Assembly (NCBI GenBank): GCA_041736305.1
Contig: JBGSTX010000362.1
Span: 1-23,901, forward strand
Length of the DNA stretch: 23,901 nt
Direction of reading: 5' to 3'
Source: Oligoflexus sp.
Lineage (GTDB): Bacteria > Bdellovibrionota_B > Oligoflexia > Oligoflexales > Oligoflexaceae
Part shown: piece by piece, positions 15,339 through 23,406 of the stretch
Layout: every line of letters starts with the position of its first letter
How positions within the stretch are numbered: position 1 is the first letter of the stretch
The notes under the pieces: model-generated
The model's input: the letters and a program-made list of their open reading frames with translations, nothing else
Databases searched by the model: none
Told to the model about the DNA's origin: nothing
Made by a program: the position numbers and the translations under genes

Positions 15339-16892
15339 ATGGAAACCTTTACGCGAACTGCCGCGATAGACAGTTCTGAGCCGGTCCTCGTGACCGTTGA
15401 GTGTTCGGTCACCAGTGGCTTTGCCGGCCTCCAGCTGGTTGGCAATACGAGCGATCTCTGTCGCGATGGGAAAGAGAGGGCGAAGGCAGCCCTAGAAAAG
15501 CTTGGTCTAAAATTCGGGCAGAAGAGGGTTCTCATCAATCTTTCGCCAGCTGACTGCCGAAAAGAAGGTAATCACTTTGATCTACCTATCGCTGTGAGCC
15601 TGGCTGCCTTGGAACGAGACGAGCCTATGGCTCACGAGGCAGATCAATGGCTGTTCGCAGCTGAACTGAGTCTCGATGGTCGACTTCGCCCCATCAAGGC
15701 TCTCATCCCCATGGCGCTTGCGGCTTTGCAGGCGGGGCTCAAAGGTCTGGTCTTAGCCGGCGCCCACCGGATGGAAATGGCGACTCTTAAAAAGCTGCCG
15801 GCGTTCCATGGCAATTTTCAGCCTCTCTTTTTCGATCGACTCGAAGATGTGCTGAACTGGCTTTTTTTAGGCGTTACGCCTGAATACAGCGATAGAGCTC
15901 TTGAACCCGAAACTCCGCTCGAGTCGCAGCCCGACTTCGACGACATGCACCTCGATCCTGAGCTGGAGACCTTGGCTCTCGCCTGCTCAGTCGGTCGGCA
16001 TAGTCTCTTGCTGAGGGGTACGCCTGGCGCTGGCAAGAGCATGTTCGTGCAACGCCTGCCGAGTATACTTCCGCCTTTAGAAGCGAAAATTCACTTCGAA
16101 GCTCTACAGGTCTACAGCCTCCAGCATCAGATTCTTCCCTCAGGACTTCTACAGGGCCGCCCACCCTTCCGGCATCCCCATCATAGCGCCAGTCCCCAAG
16201 CGATATTGGGGACCGCAGAAGAACCTGGAGACTTGGCTCTTGCCCATGGTGGGCTCCTTTTTCTCGACGAGCTCCCGGAGTTTCGTCGCGATCTTCTCGA
16301 GTCCCTGAGGGAACCTTTGGAACAAGGTACTATCAACGTTTCACGCGCTCAGCGCAAAGCCAGTTGGCGCACGGCAGTCCAGTTTATCGCGGCTTGCAAC
16401 AACTGTCCTTGTGGATGGTTAGGTAGCCGACGACGCCTCTGCCGCTGCTCAAGCCAGAAAATTTTAAAGTACGCGCAACGTCTATCAGGACCTTTGCTCG
16501 ACCGAATCGATATCCACTACACTATGCCTGAAACGGACTGTGGGCTCTGGTTTGATGAGAAAGCTCGTCGCACTCCTAAGACGGGACGACTGCGAGCACG
16601 CGCTGCTGCTGGCGCTGATTTCTCCGCCAAACGTAACGTGGCCTGGGGCAAAGTCAGCAACAGTTCGCTTGGACCTGAACTTATGCCAGGGATTCTAGCT
16701 TGTTCTGAAAATATGTATCGGAACACAATTGAAGAGCTTAATCGGCGACGCCTATCCAACCGGGCGATTGTCCGCTGCTTGAGAGTTGCTCGCACTCTGG
16801 CTGATCTTGATGAGAGCGAAGGAGTACAAAGTGCGCACGTTGCAGCGGCTATGCAGTGGCAATTAACTCAAGGCGCCGGAGCACAGACATAG
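15339..16892 (+). CDS. comM: YifB/ComM family Mg-chelatase-like AAA+ ATPase
   Basis: N-terminal Lon-like domain (INLSPAD.RKEG.HFDLPIA, ELSLDG), Walker A GTPGAGKS, RPPFRHPHHSAS, Walker B LFLDE, CPCG zinc motif, SGPLLDRID and VARTLADL. Confidence 0.92.
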   Translation: METFTRTAAIDSSEPVLVTVECSVTSGFAGLQLVGNTSDLCRDGKERAKAALEKLGLKFGQKRVLINLSPADCRKEGNHFDLPIAVSLAALERDEPMAHEADQWLFAAELSLDGRLRPIKALIPMALAALQAGLKGLVLAGAHRMEMATLKKLPAFHGNFQPLFFDRLEDVLNWLFLGVTPEYSDRALEPETPLESQPDFDDMHLDPELETLALACSVGRHSLLLRGTPGAGKSMFVQRLPSILPPLEAKIHFEALQVYSLQHQILPSGLLQGRPPFRHPHHSASPQAILGTAEEPGDLALAHGGLLFLDELPEFRRDLLESLREPLEQGTINVSRAQRKASWRTAVQFIAACNNCPCGWLGSRRRLCRCSSQKILKYAQRLSGPLLDRIDIHYTMPETDCGLWFDEKARRTPKTGRLRARAAAGADFSAKRNVAWGKVSNSSLGPELMPGILACSENMYRNTIEELNRRRLSNRAIVRCLRVARTLADLDESEGVQSAHVAAAMQWQLTQGAGAQT

Positions 16893-17368
16893 GCATCAAT
16901 CTTTTGCTTGAGTTCAGCGAGGGTCCAAAACTTTCCGCCGCTCGACTTTACCAGCTCCAAGAGCGCTGGTGAGGGTTCGGAATTTGCGGTCCAAACCAGA
17001 GAAACAGCAATTTCTTGGAGCTTAGCGACCGGCAGAACCTTCCCGAGCTTTTTTAGATCGAATCCTTCCGTGCGACCGCTCACGAGGAGAATGGGCGTTC
17101 GATAGAGGGTAGAGGCCAGAAAACGGAGCTCCTGGATGTCGTTGATGATGTAGCTTTTACCAGAGCTACCAAGAACATCGGCGAATAAATCACGCATGAG
17201 GAAATATCCTGATTCGCCTTTTGAACTGGCATAGGGTGGCGTAGGCTCTATCGTCATAAGATTCAAGAGCGAAGCCTTGGCTACTTCACATTCATCTATT
17301 CTGCTCTGGGCTGCGACAGTACTTGCAAGCGATAGACTGATCGCGACTATTGTTATCCAATTCCACAT
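16868..17368 (-). CDS. Secreted hypothetical protein, possibly a degenerate VWA-like alpha/beta fold
   Basis: SD GAGGAG; signal peptide MWNWITIVAISLSLASTVAA; ILLVSG...IAVSLVW...LLELVKSSGGKF resembles the C-terminal half of VWA domains. Confidence 0.65.
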   Translation of the reverse strand: MWNWITIVAISLSLASTVAAQSRIDECEVAKASLLNLMTIEPTPPYASSKGESGYFLMRDLFADVLGSSGKSYIINDIQELRFLASTLYRTPILLVSGRTEGFDLKKLGKVLPVAKLQEIAVSLVWTANSEPSPALLELVKSSGGKFWTLAELKQKIDAYVCAPAP

Positions 17369-17403
17369 CTGGGTTCTCCTCAGGAAGGAAGCCTTTAGCT
17401 ATC

Positions 17404-17420
17404 TGCAAAAGCAAGGCCAG
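17404..17420 (-). promoter_or_regulatory. Putative sigma-54 promoter of the 17368 gene
   Basis: Minus strand CTGGCCTTGCTTTTGCA (GG-N10-GC, TTGCA at -12), 35 nt upstream of the ATG. Confidence 0.65.
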
Positions 17421-17527
17421 GAGAAGGCTCAGGAGTGCTCATTGATTTTCGTCACTTACCGTGAAAAGATAGGGCGGCTGTCGAATTTTTAGCTAACTGC
17501 ATGGAGCAGCAACAGGGAGGGCCTCAT

Positions 17528-18652
17528 ATGGCTTCCGATCAGGAGCTCGAAACTTGGCGTCGCGAGATCAAAGAAATCGACGCTGAAATACTTCGCCAGG
17601 TTAAAAGGCGGATGGAGCTCGCACTCAATATAGGCAACTACAAGAAAAAGCATCAGCTGCCGGTAAAGGATTTCAAGGTCGAAAAGCAGGTCATCGAGAA
17701 AGCTCGCGATGCGGCTAAGAATCTCGGCCTCTATCCGATCTTGGCCGAAGAACTTATGACAACCCTGATTAAGTACTCTGTTTTGCGGCAGGATGAACTT
17801 ACTCGGGAAGGCATCGCTCCTCCCTTAGATCCTAAACGAGAGGCTCTCATCATCGGCGGTGCGGGACTGATGGGCCGCTGGTTTGCACAGTATTATGAAT
17901 CGATGGGATTCGCAGTCTCAATTTACGATAAGCAGCCTCAAACCGGTGCCTCGGAATACCGCACCCATCCGCGGCTGGAAGAAGGCATCGACAGGTTCCA
18001 GCTCATTCTCCTCGCGACACCGATGCAAGAGACTAACACTCTGCTCCTGCAGCTCGCTGACTTACCAGTAAAAGGCTTGATCGTCGAAATATGCTCTCTC
18101 AAAAGCCCCGTGTTAAGTGGCATTAAAAAGCTTCGGGAAGCTGGTCTGAAAATAGCATCGATCCATCCCATGTTCGGCCCTGATACGGATATCTTGGCGG
18201 GAAAAAACATCGTTTTTTGCACAGCTCCGGGCCTCTTTTCGGAAGAGATCCTGCAGCAGCATTTTCAGCAGACCTCAGCCCAGCTCCTCCTCTTGCCTCT
18301 CGATGAGCACGATCAGCTCATGAGTTATATTCTTGGTGCATCGCACCTGATCAACCTCATCTATGCGCAGGTACTCAGTCGCTCAGGCCACACGATGGGG
18401 CAACTCAAGCAGTTTGGAGGCACGACTTTTCTCAAGCAGCTCGAAGTAAGCAGTCGAGTCGTAGCCGAGAATCAAGCTCTCTACTTCGACATTCAAAGCC
18501 TCAATAAGGCCAGTCCTCAGCTTATAAAGGTACTTTCTGAAGCTCTCGCCACTTTTTCGGAAGTGATCGCCAAAGGGGATAAGCAAAAATTTCAGCAAAT
18601 AATGGAGGGAGCCGCGCGGTATTTTCAGGAAGCAGAATCTAAGCAGAGATGA
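17528..18652 (+). CDS. tyrA: Bifunctional chorismate mutase / prephenate dehydrogenase (T-protein-like)
   Basis: AroQ-type N-terminus (LETWRREIKEIDAEIL...RM.LA..IG.YK), Rossmann motif IIGGAGLMG, EICSLK, SIHPMFGP and EHDQLM; SD GGGAGG before ATG 17528. Confidence 0.9.
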   Translation: MASDQELETWRREIKEIDAEILRQVKRRMELALNIGNYKKKHQLPVKDFKVEKQVIEKARDAAKNLGLYPILAEELMTTLIKYSVLRQDELTREGIAPPLDPKREALIIGGAGLMGRWFAQYYESMGFAVSIYDKQPQTGASEYRTHPRLEEGIDRFQLILLATPMQETNTLLLQLADLPVKGLIVEICSLKSPVLSGIKKLREAGLKIASIHPMFGPDTDILAGKNIVFCTAPGLFSEEILQQHFQQTSAQLLLLPLDEHDQLMSYILGASHLINLIYAQVLSRSGHTMGQLKQFGGTTFLKQLEVSSRVVAENQALYFDIQSLNKASPQLIKVLSEALATFSEVIAKGDKQKFQQIMEGAARYFQEAESKQR

Positions 18653-20018
18653 GACGCGAAATTTTTTCCCAGTACTTTGATTTACTGCCTTGGGCGCTTA
18701 TAGCCTCGAACTTCGCCTGCCAAATATTAGGCGAACCTTCGAGTCGGGACAGATTGATGATGCGGACCTCGGTCTGACCCTCCCAGAAACGGGCTAGATC
18801 AGGATGCTGTAGTTTGAGCTTGTTACCAACAGTCACAGGAAACTTGAGCTGCAGTATACCGCCAGTCTCATCCAGGCCCAGGAGTTTGGCCGGGGTCTGG
18901 TATTGGATCTCATGTCCGGTACCTGAAGCCTCTGAGAACTGCGTGCGACTCTTGACGGCTGCGTCAAGCATTTCAATCAATGTACCCAGGCCGAAAGGCT
19001 TTTTGAGGTACTGAATCTCCCGCGTTGAACGAATCGTCTGCGATGTTGTAGCCGCAATCACAGGCGGCCGAATTTTTTCAGATATCTTGTTTATGGCTTC
19101 TTTCAAAGCGATACCGGAAGCATTGGACGGCAGCTCGTCGAGATAGATGCAGCCAAGAGACCCATCTGAGTCGCGCATCATCAGCGCCCCTGCTGCCTGG
19201 AGATTAGGAGCATAGACCAGTTCGATATCGTAGCCTTCGAGAACGCGCTTAAATTGCTCGAAGCGTTCCATTTTAGGATCGTAGAACAAAATGCGCCGGT
19301 TCGCTGTTTTTCCGACCTGCTCGAGACTTATTTCTGGAAGTTCAATGATCCAGGCTTTACCGCTGCCTTTGACCTGATTCATAGGGAAGAGATTATAAAT
19401 ACTCTCGCCTCGTCTCATGTTGCTGCCAAGGCTGAGTACGGCTGGACCTTTGGCTTTATCTTGCGGCTGACAGAGCAGCATAGCTTCTGAATTCACCTCA
19501 GAGTCCGAGTGGCAAACCATCTGCTCGCCGATCCGGCCTACAACTTTGGCCTGGATGGACAGAGTGCAGTCGGCTGCCAGCTTACCGCTTGCCGTGCTGA
19601 GAAAAAATGGTGAAATATCCGCATAGCTTTCGAGAGTTTCTTTGACTTTTTGTACAAGGGCAGCCGGATCAGGACGCCCGAGAGTGAAGCCCGCGAATTT
19701 TCGCCCCTTCAAAGGATTGAGCTGCTCCTTGGTCTTCGCAGAAATCATCACCAAAATAGGAATGTTCGCAAAGATCGGCTGCTGCTGGAGTCGGTCGTAG
19801 AGATTGCCGGCATGACCGTCGCTTAGAATGGCGTCCGATACCACCAGATGGGGCATTTCTTGATCGATCAAACGCAGGCTATCGTAGAGGCTGGTAGAAG
19901 TGACCAGTTTGTAGCGCAGCTTTTGGAATAACGGAGCCAACGCAATCGTTCGTTCTGGTTTATCGACCAGAAAGAGTACCGTATGGGGTGTTATTCCTTT
20001 AGCAAATCCGCTTGTCAC
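18639..20018 (-). CDS. Response-regulator-like protein with two receiver domains, each followed by a PilZ-like beta domain
   Basis: REC1: VLFLVD...PHLVVSDA...IPILVM. REC2: ILFYD...CIYLDE...PPVIAATT...YLKKPF. C-terminal AKLLGLDETGGIL...VRIINL...WQAKFE resembles a PilZ barrel. GTG start. Confidence 0.7.
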   Translation of the reverse strand: MTSGFAKGITPHTVLFLVDKPERTIALAPLFQKLRYKLVTSTSLYDSLRLIDQEMPHLVVSDAILSDGHAGNLYDRLQQQPIFANIPILVMISAKTKEQLNPLKGRKFAGFTLGRPDPAALVQKVKETLESYADISPFFLSTASGKLAADCTLSIQAKVVGRIGEQMVCHSDSEVNSEAMLLCQPQDKAKGPAVLSLGSNMRRGESIYNLFPMNQVKGSGKAWIIELPEISLEQVGKTANRRILFYDPKMERFEQFKRVLEGYDIELVYAPNLQAAGALMMRDSDGSLGCIYLDELPSNASGIALKEAINKISEKIRPPVIAATTSQTIRSTREIQYLKKPFGLGTLIEMLDAAVKSRTQFSEASGTGHEIQYQTPAKLLGLDETGGILQLKFPVTVGNKLKLQHPDLARFWEGQTEVRIINLSRLEGSPNIWQAKFEAISAQGSKSKYWEKISRLISA

Positions 20019-20029
20019 AGCTTTTGGTC

Positions 20030-21214
20030 CTAACCTACTTTTTGAGTTTTTGGCTTAGCTAAGATCTTCTTGATAGCCTGCCTTACCTTTTCAACTTTTT
20101 CATAAACACCGCCAAATTCTTTTTCGCAACGGGCCAGATATTGCAAAGCGACTTGATATTCAGTCAGTCTATAGCAAGCTAAGGCAGCGTTAAGGCTGAT
20201 TTTGTACCGCAGCTCGTGGCGAACTATCTTATGGGCTTTTTTATACAGAGCGAGAGCGTTTTTACCTTTGCCCTGCTGCGAGAGCTTAATGCCCATCTCA
20301 TTGAGTCGGGCGGCGAACGATGGCCCGACATCCTGCAGATCATCCATCATCTTAAAAGCTTCGGCCACTTTGCCCTCGGCCAGCAGAATTTCGGCGCGTG
20401 CTTCGAGTATGCGGGGGTGACCAGGCGATAAATCTTCGGCTTGGCGCAGCATTTCATCGGATTTTCCTTTTTCGCCTTTTTCAACGTAGGCGGTAGCCAG
20501 ACTAGTCTTGCGTTCGACACTTTTATTGTTCTGGCGTTCGAGTTTCTCGAAGATAGCTATAGCCTCGTCGACCTTGCCCATAACGAGCAAACTTTCCCCC
20601 AGACCTGTCGAAGCTGGGCGAAAGGTCTTGTTGAGTTTTTCAGAAGCTCGGAAAGCTTCGATGGCTTCTCCAAACTGTCCTACAGCCTGGAGAGCATGAG
20701 CTTTGGCATAAGCTGCAACATAGTCATAAGAAGCTGCCTCGACGAGGGCTTCCTTCGATTGCAGGATTTGCCCCTGATCTCCATAGACAATGGACCAGTT
20801 CAGACGCAGCGTCTTGGCCTCAATGCTATCTTTATCGTCAGCGAGAGCTGCTATCGTTTCGGTCAAACCCACCAGCTGCAGAGGCCATTCCACTTGGGTG
20901 AGAAACTGCTCGACCCCATATTCAAAGGCTTGCGAGATGAGAAAGGGGTCCGGGTCTTCGGCGACGATCGCTTGAAATCCAGGCAGAGGCCCCACATATT
21001 TCCTAAATAGATTTAGACTATTAGCTACCTGTGGGCCAGATTTTTCAGCAAAAATAAGCATGGCCACTACAGTGCCCGTTTCGAGCATCGGCGCCAGCTC
21101 TTCAATTGATATGTAGTTGAGCTTTAGGGCATAATTCTGATCTGAGACTAGCTCCGACCAAGACTCGTCAAGTCCTTGAGCGTTGAGATCTAGAAGTATG
21201 CAAATACGTTCCAT
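20030..21214 (-). CDS. TPR protein with an N-terminal degenerate (pseudo) receiver domain
   Basis: N-terminal ICILLD...VVAMLIFAE...QAIVAED...AFEYGVEQFL has receiver topology without the phospho-Asp or the Lys. About six TPR motifs follow (e.g. AYAKAHALQAVGQFGEAIEAFRASEKLN). Confidence 0.8.
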   Translation of the reverse strand: MERICILLDLNAQGLDESWSELVSDQNYALKLNYISIEELAPMLETGTVVAMLIFAEKSGPQVANSLNLFRKYVGPLPGFQAIVAEDPDPFLISQAFEYGVEQFLTQVEWPLQLVGLTETIAALADDKDSIEAKTLRLNWSIVYGDQGQILQSKEALVEAASYDYVAAYAKAHALQAVGQFGEAIEAFRASEKLNKTFRPASTGLGESLLVMGKVDEAIAIFEKLERQNNKSVERKTSLATAYVEKGEKGKSDEMLRQAEDLSPGHPRILEARAEILLAEGKVAEAFKMMDDLQDVGPSFAARLNEMGIKLSQQGKGKNALALYKKAHKIVRHELRYKISLNAALACYRLTEYQVALQYLARCEKEFGGVYEKVEKVRQAIKKILAKPKTQKVG

Positions 21215-21263
21215 ACGGAAAGCAACTCTCGTAAAATATGACTGTTTACCTTAGTCAAGTTCC

Positions 21264-21290
21264 TTATCGGTAGTCAGAGTCTAGAGTTTA
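21264..21290 (-). promoter_or_regulatory. Putative FliA/sigma-28 promoter
   Basis: Minus strand TAAA-ctctagactctgact (15 nt)-ACCGATAA, 49 nt upstream of ATG 21214. Confidence 0.75.
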
Positions 21291-21434
21291 GTGAAGTCTT
21301 AAAACAAAGTAGAAAGCCAATTCGACGTATTAAGATGGTAGCAGCCTCGCAAGATGCCGCCATTCATGATATTTTATCCTGTTTCATTCAAGTATGGGGC
21401 TGGTATATAAGAAGGCGTAGTTTGGAGGACAATC

Positions 21435-21962
21435 ATGGGATCGTTGCGATGGCTTGCTAACGAATCGATGTCAGTCATGCAGCTGCAACTGCCTAACCGA
21501 CGATCGATTTCCTACGCCAGCCTCTTTGAAAATAATCACTATATTCGCTTGCTGAATCAGCTTCTTCAACTCGAGTTAGGGAGTATCGAGCTCTATGCGG
21601 GCTGTCGCCACGAGCTGAGCGATTGTCAGCTCGAAAACCTGGCCGAAGCGCATAGAAAACAAGCCAAAAATCTGGTAAATATGATTATTAATAATCGCGG
21701 TATTCCCCTCAAGAAAGGCTTCGCTTTCTCATCCGAGCTATCGCTCATGGCCTTCCGTATTGGGCGCCATCTTCCACTATCTGTCGCACGCCGCGCCTGT
21801 CTGAGTTCATGTATTCAGCTCGAAAAATCTATGCGACGTCGCTACCATCAAGCGCTGGCTGAAGCTCCCTATCGCGATCGAGAGCTGCTCTCAGAGCATG
21901 TGCGACGCACCAAGTGCAACCTCGATTATCTAGAAGAACTGAGAGCTGAGCAGAGAGTCTGA
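21435..21962 (+). CDS. Ferritin-like four-helix protein (DUF2383/PA2169-like)
   Basis: SD GGAGG; pattern LNQLLQLELGSIELY...EAHRKQAKNL..MI...G...LEKS....Y..AL...EH. Confidence 0.65.
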   Translation: MGSLRWLANESMSVMQLQLPNRRSISYASLFENNHYIRLLNQLLQLELGSIELYAGCRHELSDCQLENLAEAHRKQAKNLVNMIINNRGIPLKKGFAFSSELSLMAFRIGRHLPLSVARRACLSSCIQLEKSMRRRYHQALAEAPYRDRELLSEHVRRTKCNLDYLEELRAEQRV

Positions 21963-21970
21963 CTATGTTC

Positions 21971-22678
21971 TCATTGAACTGCTGCCGTTACGATCACAGG
22001 TGAATAGTCTTCCATCGTTGAAAATTCTGGATTCAGGGCGTGAGGAAGTCGATCACCGCTGTTAGGTTTCCAGCCCTTCGATATCGCTTCAGCCCCCACA
22101 AGGATCACCTCGAGCTGCTGTACCATCCGTTCAGCGATTTCCACTCTTTGCTTAGCTGGATATTCTAGAGCTTCAGCGCCGAGGTTGAAGACTACCGTGA
22201 TCATCGTCTCAGCGATCAAGTCAGAATTGATTATTTCTCTTTGCGAGGCCTCAGACTCTTTGATGATGTCCTCGGCGAGCTCTTCGACGAAGCGACGGGT
22301 CTCTTTCTTTATCTCTTTACGAAAGCCTTTTTGTTCGCCGAGTCGCTCACCCATGAGGAGACGAAAGTGTTGTTCATTGTGCTCTAGATATTCCATAAAA
22401 GTTTCGACTGAGGTCCTGATAACTCCGCGACGGACTCGCGCACGCCGCCGTGCCTGCCGAAGCAGCTGCCGCAAGGTCAACGAGACTTCGTCCACCAGCG
22501 CCAGCCCAAGGTCTTCCATATCTTTAAAATGACGATAGAACGAGGTAGGTGCGATTCCGGCGCTCCGCGTCACTTCACGTAGGCTCAGGCACGCAAAGCC
22601 ATTGCTCGTACTCAGAGTCAGGGCCGCCTGTATGATGTTCTTGCGGGTTCTAGCTTTTTTCTCTGCTCGTGTGCCCAT
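21971..22678 (-). CDS. fabR: TetR-family transcriptional repressor, FabR/DesT type
   Basis: RAEKKARTRKNIIQAAL...LSLREVTRSAGIAPTSFYRHFKDMEDLGLALVDE...LRQLLRQAR...IRTSVETFME closely matches enterobacterial FabR as I recall it. Confidence 0.88.
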   Translation of the reverse strand: MGTRAEKKARTRKNIIQAALTLSTSNGFACLSLREVTRSAGIAPTSFYRHFKDMEDLGLALVDEVSLTLRQLLRQARRRARVRRGVIRTSVETFMEYLEHNEQHFRLLMGERLGEQKGFRKEIKKETRRFVEELAEDIIKESEASQREIINSDLIAETMITVVFNLGAEALEYPAKQRVEIAERMVQQLEVILVGAEAISKGWKPNSGDRLPHALNPEFSTMEDYSPVIVTAAVQ

Positions 22679-22687
22679 GGTCTCCCC

Positions 22688-22705
22688 CTATTACAACTGT
22701 TTGCT
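22688..22705. promoter_or_regulatory. Possible FabR-type operator abutting the fabR ribosome-binding site
   Basis: Minus strand AGCAAACA-GT-TGTAATAG versus the FabR palindrome AGCGTACA-NN-TGTACGCT (10/16 positions, central ACA-NN-TGT intact). Confidence 0.4.
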
Positions 22706-22832
22706 GAAGTCTTATACAAAAGTGAAGCGAAAGACAAATCTGGAGTCGGGGGTTGAGCGAAGATTAAGCCTGTTTTGTAACTCATTTTCTTAGAGAATTA
22801 TGCCGAAGAGACAGTAGGGAGGATGAATCGCC

Positions 22833-23117
22833 ATGCTGACCGAGCCATTACCAATAGAACTCTTTGTTATTACCCGCTTTTCTGACAAGTCGGTCACGAG
22901 TATTACTGAGAATTGGCGAGTAGAATCGGTCCAGCTGCAGAAAATTATCGTCAACTACTTCAAAGAAATGGGTATTTTTTCGGTCTTGCCGCCGATGGAG
23001 GCTGAGCTGAAAGAAACGATCATTTACTGGCTAAAAAATTCTCCAGAGATCTTCCAGCTGGTGCGTAAAGCTGATCTTCAAGAGCAGCTACGCAGGCAAA
23101 GCCGACGAGCCGACTGA
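22833..23117 (+). CDS. Hypothetical protein (94 aa)
   Basis: SD GGGAGG 10 nt upstream; fills the gap between fabR and bolA; protein-like composition. Confidence 0.65.
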   Translation: MLTEPLPIELFVITRFSDKSVTSITENWRVESVQLQKIIVNYFKEMGIFSVLPPMEAELKETIIYWLKNSPEIFQLVRKADLQEQLRRQSRRAD

Positions 23118-23134
23118 TTAATCCGAAAAAAAAC

Positions 23135-23362
23135 TCAACTCGGAGTCTTCGTGGTGAGGGCTAGCGCATGGATCGGCCCATGCATCCATTCACCCAAAGC
23201 CTTGTATACCAGCTGGTGTTGCTCGACGAGGCTGAGACCTTGAAATTCAGCAGCGACAATGCTTAACTGCCAGTGATCACCGCCTCCCGTCATGTCGTAA
23301 GCCTTGATCTGAGCGCCGGGTAACGTCGTTTGGATGCGCTGAACGATATCTTCTGCCTTCAC
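23135..23362 (-). CDS. bolA: BolA/IbaG family protein
   Basis: Motifs GGGDHW...F.G.SLVEQHQLVYKAL...IHALALTT; GTG start at 23362 with SD GGAGG. Confidence 0.92.
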   Translation of the reverse strand: MKAEDIVQRIQTTLPGAQIKAYDMTGGGDHWQLSIVAAEFQGLSLVEQHQLVYKALGEWMHGPIHALALTTKTPS

Positions 23363-23406
23363 GTCGGACCTCCGCAATAATCTGAGTTACAAAGGGGCCT
23401 CCTAGC

